Shown here in pieces: positions 34,310 through 45,709 of a stretch of 64,000 nucleotides of DNA. The DNA is from Vicugna vicugna (Eukaryota). How positions within the stretch are numbered: the stretch's first letter is position 1; every line of letters starts with the position of its first letter. The notes under the pieces are model-generated. The model saw only the letters and a program-made list of their open reading frames with translations, searched no databases and was not told the origin of the DNA. The DNA is taken from positions 186,001 to 250,000 of the forward strand of contig MU059006.1 of NCBI GenBank assembly GCA_013265495.1, given 5' to 3'. A program made the translations under genes and the position numbers.

Positions 34310-34420
34310 GGTTCATTCATTCTTTCATTTAACTGTTCCTCCAGCACTCCATCCCAGGCCCTGAGCCTCTGATGGGGACACCAAAGTGGCACAGAGTGAC
34401 AGAGTTCCTCTCTCTGGGGC
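34310..34420 (-). mobile_element. L2 3' terminus
   Basis: TTCATTCATTCTTTCATTTAAC...CCAGCAC...GGGGACACCAAAGTG. Confidence 0.5.
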
Positions 34421-35149
34421 GTTGCCGAGCCTGGGAGGGTGTCACACTTGCTGGATACAGATCACCCCATACACAGGGCTTTAAGCACAGGGTAGAGTAG
34501 GGACTGGGCTGGGGAAGTTCATAGCATGGGGGTATCCATGTCCTAGGGGTAAGCTGTGTTAGCTCTCCACAGAGGAGGTAGGAGAGCCCGTCAGGTGGGT
34601 ATAAGGCAGCCCTGATAGACGTACCAGTCACTGGGCCTGGACAGACGGTGTACCCCTCTAGCTGGGGGCAGTAGGTGGGTGTGGTGGTTGGGGGAGCAGA
34701 GTGGACTGAGAAGGGCCCTGGGTCCCCAGCCTTGGGTGCATGGGACTTAGGCCTGCTGAGCACTAGCATAAAGTGTTGAGACTATGACGGCCTCAGGAAA
34801 GGTCTAGAAGCTTGGGCAGTGGGGGATCCCAACCACTCTCCTGCCCTTGTCCCACCTGGGCAGATCCTTCCCCCTCTCCCCACTCCTTGGATGGAGCTGG
34901 ACAGAGACCACTTGCAGAGTCCTCCCTGCCCTGCCTTTGAGAGCACTTCAGAATCCAGCCTCTGCCATCTGCCTGTCCAGCCTGGGCTACCTCTGCCGGC
35001 CCTGGGTGAGCAGAGAGGATGTGCATCCTGGTGGCAGGGGCGGTGGGAAGACCCTGGTTGTCATGGAGATTACTCATCATCCCAGAATGCCATGGCAGAA
35101 AATATGGGGAGGGGTCCCCTGCAGCCCTTGTAAAGGAGGAGGCCATTCA

Positions 35150-36240
35150 TCAGGGGCGAGACCATTGATCTGTAGGGTGGAGGGGAACCAGCCCAACACT
35201 GGGGCCAGACAGCCTCGGGTCAGATCTGCCACCTACCTGTTGATCACTGGCTGTGTGACTCAAGGTAACATCAGTGGCCTCAGAGCCAGACATGGGAAGC
35301 TTGGTCTCATATAAACATGTCCCGGGGAGCACTAGGATGGCCAGACTCACTAGGTCAGTGTTCCTGGGCTCCGGGCCAACCAAATCTAACTCCGTCCTTC
35401 CTGGTACCTCTTATTCACCTCTTGGGGCCCATTTCTGGAACATCAATATTAAGCTACTCAAGAATCATTTAGCATGACCGTGACCTTGGGCAATCACTGA
35501 AGCTCTGTGGACTTGAGCGTACTCATCTACAAAATGGGCAGACCATAGCTGTATCTTCCCTGTTGGGTAGATGACATGAGGTGATATGGGTAAGCCCTGA
35601 GCCCAGCACTGACAGGGTTAGGTGTTTCCCTGGAATACAAAGCATTTGTGTTCATACAGGTGTAGACTTGACCTGGCATCCATTAACTAGGTCCCCAAAG
35701 CTTTGCAGTTGAGGAAAGCAAGGCTGACAAGGTCACTGCTGCAACAAGAGGTGAGCGTGCCTGTTGAGCCCACCAGCTGCTTTTGCCCACAGTCTGTTTT
35801 TTTATTCTCCCAGGCTAGGGTAGTATAAGGAACAGTGAAGCAACAGTTATCCCTGAAAAGGACCTGGAAATGGTACTTTAAATCCAGCCCTCCCATTTTA
35901 CAGATAAGGAAACTGAGGCCCGGGAGGGGGAGCTGTTCACAGTGGCACTTTCCATCTGCCAGGCTCGTGTTCCCCTCGCTGTTAGTCCCCTCCGCCCACC
36001 TTCATCAGAACTGAGCCCAGGACTTAGGAGACAGAGGGTGGAACAGACAATTCTGGAAGATCAGAATTATTCTGGAGCAGTCTGGGACTGTCTGACAAAT
36101 CCAACACTCTTGTTTGGAACCACCTGACAACCACGGGTGCAAGTCCCAGCTCCATCAGCTACTGGCTGAGTGCTGTGGTACACATCATTTTACCTCTCTG
36201 AGCATCGATTTCTTGTGCACATAGTGAGATGAGATGGATT
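35150..36240. mobile_element. Cluster of MIR fragments in GDF10 intron 1 (about 35200-35300, 35470-35620, 35870-35940, 36130-36240)
   Basis: GTGACCTTGGGCAATCACT, CTCATCTACAAAATGGG, CCCATTTTACAGATAAGGAAACTGAGGCCC. Confidence 0.65.
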
Positions 36241-36589
36241 TTGTTCCGGGCAGAGAGTGAGCCCAGCCAGCTGGGTTTCTCATCCCTTCCCTTGCTTCAT
36301 GCCCAGCTCCTTGCTAGCCCTCAGAGGTTCCCGCTTCGTGACCCAGAGACCCAACGGTAAGGAAACATGAGCCTGGGCAGAGACCCCCTCATCTTATGGA
36401 TGAGGCACAGATGCTGGGGGCTTCGGCTCTGGTTCTGAATCATACCGGTCCCAGCCTGCTCCATGACAGTAGCCTCAGCTGCCTCAGTTGGGTGGTCCCT
36501 GCAGCTCTTGTTGCAGTGGAACCATGTCCCTTGCCTGCCACCAGGCAGCATAGCTGAGGTTCTGAGTGCAGGCTGTGAGCTGGACTGGT

Positions 36590-36775
36590 GAGGTCCCAAT
36601 CCTTAGTCTGTGGTCTTGGCCAGTGACTGAACTTGGCCATGACTTTTTTTTTTTTTTCAGTTCTAAAATGGGGCTTTTCTTTGTAGCATTTTTTAATTGA
36701 ACTGCGATAAGCACAGTGCTTAACACAGTGCCTAGCACATGTAAGTTCAGTAATTTATTAGCTCTGCTGTTATTA
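36590..36775. mobile_element. MIR SINE with internal T14 expansion (hosts a candidate cryptic exon)
   Basis: GTGGTCTTGGCCAGTGACTGAAC...TAAAATGGGG...GTGCTTAACACAGTGCCTAGCACATGTAAGTTCAGTAATTTATTAGC. Confidence 0.7.
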
Positions 36776-37019
36776 CTCCAGCCACCCAACTCCTTCCCTC
36801 TCCGAAGGGTGTCCTGTTCCCTATTAAGTCTACATCACTCTCAGCCCCAAACGATTTGCACTTAAACCTAGGCTTTTACACCTACCTGTGTGATATAGGG
36901 CAAGTTTCTTAACCTCTCTGAGCTTGATTTCTCCGTTTCTAAAATAGGAGTAATAATAATGCCCATTTGTCGACATTGCCGAAAGTCACATTCAGTTTCC
37001 CGAGTCTTTCCTAAGCGCC

Positions 37020-37460
37020 TCATTCGGTGGCAGGTGCTGTAAGCTCGGAGGACACAAAGAAACCTGGCCTACTGGCCCTGCCCAGAAAAACTCACGAACT
37101 GGTGGAGAAGGGAGAACTAAACAGGAGAATGTGAGCGGTGGAGCAGGTGGTACAAGGGAGAGAGAAAGGGCTGGGGGCGGGCACTGATCCAGCAGGGGAA
37201 GGGCTGGTGGGGAGGGGCCAGTGAAGCCTTCACAGAGCACGGGGAGCTCAGAGAGATTCAGAAGGGCAAGTGGTGTTAGCCAGAGGTGAAACAGAGCCCT
37301 GTGTGCCAGGAACTGTGCAGAGGTGGCTTCAGTGAGGAAGTAACAGGAAGAGAGAGGTGGGAAACAGAAGCAGACCAGCGGGCCGCCAAGGCCACCAAAA
37401 GCCTTGAATGTTATGAGTTTGCCCGTAGGCAGTGAGGCTGTATAAAGTGTGTATCCAGTG
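37020..37460 (-). mobile_element. L2 fragment
   Basis: CAGGTGCTGTAAGCTCGGAGGACACA...GCCTTGAATGTTATGAGTTT...GTAGGCAGTGAGG. Confidence 0.55.
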
Positions 37461-37464
37461 GGAC

Positions 37465-37530
37465 AGGGAGAGAGGGAGAGAGAGGGAGGAAGGAAAGAGA
37501 AAAAAGGAAGAGAGGGGAGGAGAGGAGAGA
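37465..37530. repeat. 66-nt pure polypurine tract
   Basis: Only A and G on the + strand from 37465 to 37530. Confidence 0.9.
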
Positions 37531-37544
37531 GATTATAAAAGAAA

Positions 37545-37920
37545 TGCATACTTATCCAGAAATAATAGAAAATCAGAGTAAAGAAAAGAAATCAAACTCA
37601 ATTGCAACCCAGATATAACCAGAGTTAATATTTTGGTGGAATACGTATACATATTATATTTTGGTTTTTTTACCCTAATGGGACCATATTTTCAACATGC
37701 AGGTAAAACTTGTTATAGCCTCATTCTCAATTGAAGTTTCTATTTTTGTTTTTATTTTTCATTACTAGTCATCTTGAATTGGTTTTTCATGCCTTTTGGC
37801 CATTTGCAGTTTTTCCTGTGGAAATCACTTCATCTAACTGAGGTTCTGGTCTTTTTCTTACTGATGTGTAGAGGTTTTGAAGGATATGAACTCTTCATCT
37901 GTAACAGATGATTTCCTTGT
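37545..37920. mobile_element. Old L1M fragments
   Basis: AT-rich; TTTTCATGCCTTTTGGCCATTTGCAGTTTTTCCTGTGGAAAT resembles antisense L1. Confidence 0.45.
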
Positions 37921-38309
37921 GAAGCATGAGTGTGACGTGAGGGTGACAGTGTCCTGGGGTCCCATGGCGGCTGAGTCAGGCTGTGGACGAAGACAGTCGT
38001 GGAAGGATGGGGAGCTCCAGATGGCAGTGGAGAAACCGGATGCGGCGCCAGTAGGACCTGGGATTGGTTGGATGCAGGAGGGGGTCATGGCCATGACAAT
38101 TCTCAGGCTCCTGCTGGAGAGGGTGGATGCATGGCAGTGCCTCTGATCGAGCATGAGGACAGGGAACAGGGGTGAGGTGCCCTGAGCATAGCAGTAGCTT
38201 GTGACATCACATGACCAGTATGTTCTGAGCACGTGCAGGGTACCACGCACCTTGCTGAGAGCTCTGCGGAGAGGATCTTCCAAATTCAGGAGGCTCATAT
38301 ACAGATTCT

Positions 38310-39200
38310 GCCTGGTTTACAGATGAGGAAACTGAAGCACAGAGAGGTTCTGTGATTTGTCTTAGGTCCCACCGCTAGTAAGTGGTGAAGCAGGGTTTAA
38401 ACCCTGACTCTGGAGCTTACCTAAAAATAGACCCTCTTCCTTTCTCTGCTGCACCACTGGCCGGCGCACTGCTTTCTTCCTTCATCCCACTTCCTTCCGG
38501 TGTTCTCACTCCCGTCACCCTGATGGCTGTTTCAGAGGCAGTGGGTGAAGGGACAGATCTCCAGGTGGCTTGGATTCTGCTTGGAACAGTCTTGAGGGTC
38601 CTCCTGGCCTGAGGGTTGGCCAGCAGGGAGCCTGGGAGGACCCGCAGGCTAGGGCCCCTTCCCTGCCTCTTTCCTCTCCAGCCCCATCCCTGACGAGTTG
38701 TGAAGGAGGTTGAGTCCCCAGTAGAGTGGAAATGACGGGCTCTGAGATTTCCGAAGATCCATAAAGAGATCAGCTTGTCTAAATAAGGTCGATCTTTTCT
38801 TTCTTGAAGAGTCAGAACTCAAAATCGCCCAAATAATAACTTGTGTTTTTAAACTATTTTAGAGCTCACAGCACCTGATCTTTGTTACATTAGCTGTTAG
38901 GCAGATCCAGAACATGTGGTATGGGAGGGTGGGGAAGGGCCTGGGCTTGGACTCACGCAGGCCTGGGTGCACATCCCGGCTCTGCCCCTTACTGGCTGGG
39001 GGACTCCAGGCAATTGATGTAGTTCCGTCTCCTCTCTGAAGCACCATCTTTTTGTCCACTCACCATCTCGGCTCCCCTCATTGTGAAAGTGAGGAATCAA
39101 GTGTGACTATATGCTTTGAGCTTCATAATTAATAAGCCATATTATTCCCATTTTAAAGATGAGAAAACTAAGGCTCAAGGGGGAAACAACTGGACAGAGA
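38310..39200. mobile_element. MIR fragments (about 38310-38420, 38950-39090, 39120-39200)
   Basis: TTTACAGATGAGGAAACTGAAGCACAGAGAGGTT; CCCATTTTAAAGATGAGAAAACTAAGGCTC. Confidence 0.65.
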
Positions 39201-39370
39201 TTCCACTGCCCAGTGCCTCCAGTTGGATTTGCATAATCGGCTGTGTCTTTCCAAAGAAGGAGGCCTTCTGAACCTCTTTCAGGATGTTCGCTGAGCCCCA
39301 GGGCAGCAAGCCAGGAAGCCCCTTTGTTAAGTGAAACGGACAGATCTAGCAAAGACTCCACCCTCCCCTG

Positions 39371-39930
39371 CCATTCAGCATGTATTTCTGAGCAGTGACA
39401 TCACGAAGTGCCAGGATGTAGGGATGCAGCAGTGCGCACAGCTGGCGAAGCCCCACTCTCTTGGAGTTAGCATTCTAAGAGGAAAGAGAAACAACAGCAA
39501 CAAAATATATATCAGGGTGTCCAAAGGTGAGGTGAAGACAAGTGAAGCAGGAGACAGACAGAGCGAGGGGGCTGCTCCTCCAGCCAAGGGAGCCAATGCG
39601 ACCCTTTGTTGAGGATGCTTCTCAAGCAAAGATCTGAAGAAGAGGGGAGTGATTCCTGGAGGAGGAGGGGTGATGGCAGAAGAAACAGCTGGGACAAAGC
39701 CCTGAGACGGGAGCTTCGTGTTGGAAGGACAGGAAGGCCAGGGTGACAGAGCAGAGATCGGGGTGCTGGGAGCAGATGGAGCTGGGGAGGTCGGCAGGCC
39801 AGAGCAAACAGCACCTTGGTAAGGTTTTGAGTTTTATTTGGGAGGCAATGGAGGGCTCTGAGTGGATGGTGACCTGAGGTTGAAGGCACCTGCCGGGGCC
39901 TCACCTGGACTGTGTTCTTGAAGCTGTGAC
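39371..39930 (-). mobile_element. L2a 3' region
   Basis: CATTCAGCATGTATTTCTGAGCA...GGAGTTAGCATTCTA...GCAAAGATCTGAAGAAG...CAAAGCCCTGAG...GGTAAGGTTTTGAGTTTTATT. Confidence 0.7.
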
Positions 39931-41007
39931 AGGTGCTGTAGATGGACATCCCCACAGTTACCACTGTCTCATCCCTGGGCTGAGCTCCTCTGAGTACCTC
40001 TGACCACCTTTGCCAGGAGCACATTCAGTTGGGAACTTTGATGTACTTTAAAGGAACTACAATAGATAGAGGAAGGAATCAGCCCGGCATTTGGCCCAAG
40101 TAGGGGTTTCCCAAGCCTTGATCAGGCTGCCTGACCCGTAAGGCTGCCAAACCTCCCGGTGTGAGTCCCTGAGCATGCTCTCCTCGGTTCTCCATCCCGA
40201 GGGAGGGGCAGCATTGGCCGTCCCCTTCCTCCACCTCAGGCAGAAATGACCTCCAGAAAAGGCCCCTGCCCCGTGCTCCTCAGCACCCCAGGAGGTGGTC
40301 TTCCCAGCGTCTTCCTTGGGCCACAACCACCTCAAGCTGAGGTTGTTGTCCCCACCCTGGTGGTCACAGTTGTCCTTCTTTGTACCCTCTCTCATCCCTC
40401 ACCTCATCACTGGAAGGGGTGGGAGAGCCAGGTGCTTTCCTCTGGGCAGCCCCATCTCTGTTCCCCCAAGTTTGCCATTTTTCGTTCTCACCAACAGCCG
40501 TAGGTTCAGGCCAGCATCTTGCTATGAAAGGCCAGCTTTTCGGAAGGAGTCAGAAATGTCTCTCCTAGAACTTCTTAAGTGTTCTCCAGCAAAGAACCTG
40601 TTAGCAGAACAATGGAGTTAAGACTTGAGTTGGATAAAAGAAAAACACTTTTTTCCGCTATGCTATCTGGGCCATTGTGTGACAGGGACCTAAACTGGTA
40701 TAGGAGGAATTTGCTCTGGCAGCCTTGGTCCTTTAGATGAAAGCGACAGGGAACCACATTTGGGGAATCTTCCTTTGGGCCTGGCACATCACATGTTATT
40801 TATTTAATCCTCCAAGCATTCACGTGAGACAGAGATTCTGTTGTCCGTCTGAGGCAGATGAGCCAATCACAGTCCCATCCGGGCCTGGGAGCACGGTTCC
40901 TAGGGTCTTTCCTAGCTTGGAGGGTGGAGGTTGCCTCGTTAGTGAACTTGCATCCCCACCCACCACCTGCCAACCCCAGATGCTGTGGATACACAGCCAT
41001 TGCCCAC

Positions 41008-41150
41008 CATTGCTTCTTAAACTTCCCTGATGTTTAGAATCCCTAAGATGCTCATTAAAATACGAATATCTGGGCCCTACTGTCCCAGACCCTCTGAATC
41101 AGTATCTCTAGGGGAGGGAGACAGTGATCAGGGAGGTTTGGGAAATGCAG
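41008..41150. mobile_element. MER5-like hAT MITE
   Basis: CATTGCTTCTTAAACTT...AGAATCCCT...TAAAATACGAATATCTGGGCCCTAC...CTGAATCAG. Confidence 0.45.
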
Positions 41151-42673
41151 AACCGGAGACCATGACACTCAGGGCCGCAGGGTTTGGGGAAGCCAACTTT
41201 AAATGTGCATCAAGACCATGAACTACTTCTTACTTGTGGACATGTTGAGGGGCCGCTGCGCCTCTCCACGGATTTGTTCTGAGAATTCAGTAAGGTAGGA
41301 TCTTTGAATGTCACCCAAGTCTTGACTGGCATTTATCAGACCCTCCGATTTTTCTTTCCTTCCTCTCTCATAGAGCCTTAAAAATACATGGATGTTCCCA
41401 ATTGAATTATGCCTTCTTCTCAATAGAAACAAATAACCTTAAACTAAAGATTTTGGTTTAAAAAAAAATACCAGCTGATCCTGTGGGTGCAGGTGTCAGA
41501 GAAGCTGTGGCCTTCACACATGCCCTTTGGAAAGCCCATTGTCCACACACACATGCATGCATACACGCACACACACCCCCACTCTTGGGAGCCCTGTACC
41601 TCTCCCGGCCTCACCCAGCAGGCAGACACCTGGCAGCAGGAAATAGAGCAGCGGGAGGGAGGCAGCTGACATAGCAGCTCTGGTCTCCTGTTCATCTGCA
41701 GCATCACGGGGCGACCACGGGAATGATGCCTCCGTCCATCCAAACCTTAGAGAGGGCTTGCTATTTACAGAACTCATGCTGCCAGGGCTCGGGGCCGCTT
41801 CTTGAGGCTGCAGACAAGGGTGTTCTGCCCTGGGGCTCTGCGGTACACCTGGTGGACCCGAGAGACAAGGGCGGGCTGGTTGACAGCCCCAGGGACGCGG
41901 GGCCTGAAGGGTTCTTGAGCGGCAGGTATGATGTTTGAGGGCTCCCGGTCCTTTTCATGGTTTGGGCCCCTGGAGAGCAACCTGGATGTTGGCGATTTTG
42001 TTGAGTGACCTGGGGCAATCCTGATATTACTCTTTCTTTGTAAAACAAGTGTAAAAGGCCTTGGGCAGAATAAACAGTAGGCGCCCCAGTGGCTGTGCTC
42101 TTAAGCCCAGTTTCCCTCAGGAGACACTCAAGATGCAGGAAAAGTATGGGGCACTCTACTTATTTTAACTCATTTGGAAAATGGGTTGCATTTAAAGTCT
42201 ATAAAATAGAGGGCTATGCAAATACAGGGTGGGGGGGCTGCAGTCAGCAGGGCCTGGACCCATCCCAGACCATCCTTATCTCATGAATGAAGGTGTAGGG
42301 GATCGTTTGTTCATTTGCTCACTGAGAAGTGTTGGAGCGCAGAGGTAGGAACAGGAACTGCAGGGTCCAGCAGGCGTGAACATCTACCCTGCCTGCTACC
42401 TTTTTTTCTTCCTTTTTTTGCAATGGGATATTGACAGTCCCCAGCCTTCTGACCTCCATCCCTCATCTCCATCCTTTCACTGAAAATAGCAAAGGGTGCC
42501 CTCATCAGTTTACTGTGAGAATTACATGAGATGAGGAAAGCCTGGCTAGGCTGGCAGCGCTCCCCGGATTGGCGAGTTCCTCCTCCACCCTGGCCCTGGG
42601 CCGGAGACCCTAAGAGCACGGGGCCTCTCCAAGGAGACAACCTAACGGGCTGTGGTCTGTCCTCCCCTCGCAG

Positions 42674-43599
42674 AAGTGGTCAACCAGAAGGCCGTGTATT
42701 TCTTCAACCTGACTTCGATGCAGGACTCGGAAATGATCCTCATGGCCACATTCCACTTCTACTCGGAGCCGCGCTGGCCCCGGGCGCGTGAGGCACCATG
42801 TAAACAGCGGGCCAAGAACGCATCCTGCCTCCTGCTGCCCCCAGGCCCCCCGGCACGCCAGCACCTGCTCTTCCGCAGCCTCTCACAGAACACCGCCACG
42901 CAGGGGCTGCTCCGCGGGGCCATGGCCCTGCCACCCCCACCACGGGGCCTGTGGCAGGCCAAGGACATATCCCCCATCGTCAAGGCGGCCCGCCGTGATG
43001 GCGAGCTGCTCCTGTCGGCCCAGCTGGATTCTGGAGAGAAGGCCCCTGGGGCCTCCCGGCCCAGCCCCCACGCACCCTACATCCTCATCTACGCCAACGA
43101 CCTGGCCATCTCAGAGCCCAACAGCGTGGCAGTGACACTGCAGAGATACGACCCCTTCCAGGCTGGGGACCCAGAGCCTGGCGCAGCCCCCAACAACTCT
43201 ACAGACCCCCGAGTGCGCCGGGCCACGCAGGCCACTGGGCCCCTCCAGGACAATGAGCTGCCAGGGCTGGACGAGCGGCCGGCACACGCGCCCCACGCCC
43301 AGCACCACCACAAGCACCAGCTGTGGCCCAGCCCCTTCCGGGCGCTGAAGCCGCGGCCCGGGCGCAAGGACCGCCGGAGGAAGGGCCAGGATGTGCTCAT
43401 GGCCTCCTCGCAGGTGCTGGACTTCGACGAGAAGACAATGCAGAAAGCCCGGAGGAAGCAGTGGGACGAGCCGCGGGTCTGCTCCCGGAGGTATCTGAAG
43501 GTGGACTTCGCGGACATCGGGTGGAACGAATGGATCATCTCGCCCAAGTCCTTCGACGCCTACTACTGCTCGGGGACCTGCGAGTTCCCCATGCCCAAG
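42674..43599 (+). CDS. GDF10: GDF10 coding exon 2: prodomain, RVRR and RRK processing sites, first half of the mature domain (926 nt)
   Basis: Acceptor CCTCCCCTCGCAG|AA restores E (G+AA). EVVNQKAVYFFNLTSMQDSEMIL...CSRRYLKVDFADIGWNEWIISPKSFDAYYCSGTCEFPMPK. Donor AAG|GTAGGG at 43600. Confidence 0.98.
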
Positions 43600-44924
43600 G
43601 TAGGGTGTAGGTGTATTCTGCCCCTTGGCTAATTGTGACGCTCAGCTCTGCCCCGCCTGGCAAGCCCCTCTGCCTTATGACTGTTTTCTGCCTCTAAATA
43701 GGGATAATAACACCTCCCATCTATTCAAGGCACATATAGTACATAGAGGTGCCAGCGCAGCAGCCGGCGGGGTGGATGCAGCCCACAGATGGATGCAGCC
43801 TGGCTGTGCTTTTGCAAGTGTTGCCTTCGTGGAATTTGAATTTTAAATCAGAACAGTTCTCCTTTTGCAAAGCAGGAGAATCCATCTCCTTAGGGATGTG
43901 TTCCTACATAGCAAAATCTACACAGGTGGAGTAGACACTGCCCCGCTGCACGTAGGTCAGACCTCTGAAGCCCCCTCCTCGCAAGGGCTCTCGTTTCTGT
44001 TCCTGGGCTAGACCTCGGGGCGTTGGTGTCTGTGACCAGCACAGAGCTGGCCTCAATGGCTTCCCAGGGTGACTCCCCCCCTACCCTCTCCCTTCCACTC
44101 AGGCCGGGGATTCACGGGGCAACTAGCTCCCATTGCGACCGCATGGGGCTGTTTTATCCATTGCACTGGCCTCGTTTTTCAGATGCTCACCTTCCCTCCA
44201 GGCTGGGCTATGGCTCTGTCCATCCATCACCCCACAGCCTGAACACCGGTAGGCCGGCAGCCAGCTGATGTCGACCTCCACAGGGAACACACACTTTCCT
44301 CCTACTTAGCTCCTCCGCTGAGTCCCAGGTCATGCCTTTCCCTCCAAGAAAGGAAGTCAGTGCATAAATCCAGTGTGAACCATGAATGAATCAGCCATCT
44401 GGGAAGTCCCAGACCCAGAGATGGGGCCACATTAACTTGGTGAGGGAATTAAGAGGCTTCTTCTCCAAGCCGTGCATGTGTGGGAGAGAGGAAGGGAGGA
44501 GCCTGACAGAGACAGGCGTCTGCCGGAGGGCCCTGCACAGACCTGGGGCAGATGCAGGGTGAGTACTGGCTGGCTGACCCTGCACTTAACTTATCAGTCT
44601 GCCTTGCTGTCTTCCCGCCTTCCCTGACACTAGCCTGATCTCCCAAAACACTGGTGTCCCTCTCCTCCCCTCCTGCCCACCAGCCGCCTCCCTCATCGAT
44701 GCACTATATATATAAGACTGTCTTTGGCCGACTACGAGCTGAAGCACCTGTGATGTGGTCCTGGTCATCTTGTGGGAGGTGCTTAAGGAACAGCCTTCTC
44801 TGTAATTAGGGCTGGGACCCAGACCCTTCTGGATGTGAGAGGCTGCCAGGGGCAGGAGGTGGGGAGAGTCGGTGTGGGCCCAGTGAGCATGGTTTCCAAG
44901 CCAGACTGCTTTCTAACTGAGGGC

Positions 44925-45015
44925 TCTTGGTCAAGTTATTTAGTCACGTTAAGCCTCAGTTTCCTTACCAGTAAAATTAAGGTCCTACCCACCCTGTAAG
45001 ACTGATGCGATGACA
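44925..45015. mobile_element. MIR fragment
   Basis: GGTCAAGTTATTTAGTCACGTTAAGCCTCAGTTTCCTTACCAGTAAAAT. Confidence 0.6.
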
Positions 45016-45517
45016 CGGCGGGATGATGCAGGTGACACCCTGAAGTCAGACCCGCCCAGGAATGAGTTTCCAGCCCTACAAGCCGATGTACATGTGTGCC
45101 TGCAGGCCTTCCCCTCCAGTGCTGAGAACATGCTCACGTGGCAAGCGTGTTGGTGTGCCTCAGGCTGACATCTGGGCAGCTGTGGCCCTGGGTGGAACCA
45201 GCTGGGCATCTCCCTGGACCATCCCTCTGGAGCTCCCTTCCAGTTCAAGGTGCTCCTTGGGGATGTGTGACGCACAGGTGCCCCCAGGTGGCCAGTGCCA
45301 TGTAGGGGATGTGACTTCCTCGGCTTGAGGGCCAGGAAGGCCTTTTGCAAACGGACTTCACAGGAGATGTGTACCCTGCCCTGGGACCTCACCTTTTCTT
45401 CTAGGCCAATGCCTTTCCTGTGACCTCAGTCAAGGACGTGCGGGTGGTACGGTGGGCGGGTGAGAACTGCCAGGTGGGCTGAGCACAGAAGTAACCATGC
45501 CTCTTTCCGCCTTGCAG

Positions 45518-45709
45518 ATCGTCCGCCCGTCCAACCATGCCACCATCCAGAGCATCGTCAGGGCCGTGGGCATCGTCCCGGGCATCCCAGAGCCTTGCTG
45601 CGTTCCCGACAAGATGAACTCTCTCGGGGTCCTCTTCCTAGATGAGAACCGGAACGTCGTTCTGAAGGTGTACCCCAACATGTCTGTGGAGACCTGTGCT
45701 TGCCGGTAA
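45518..45709 (+). CDS. GDF10: GDF10 coding exon 3: C-terminal cystine-knot half and stop (192 nt; total CDS 1434 nt, 477 aa)
   Basis: Acceptor CTCTTTCCGCCTTGCAG|[66 protein letters not shown]. Confidence 0.98.
   Translation: MVRPSNHATIQSIVRAVGIVPGIPEPCCVPDKMNSLGVLFLDENRNVVLKVYPNMSVETCACR

Noticed and set aside
43600-43632. Intron-2 read-through giving ...PMPKVGCRCILPLG*, with a CxC resembling the BMP terminal motif
   Set aside because: It would lack the CC motif and finger 2, so no cystine knot; the donor is canonical. Treated as coincidence.
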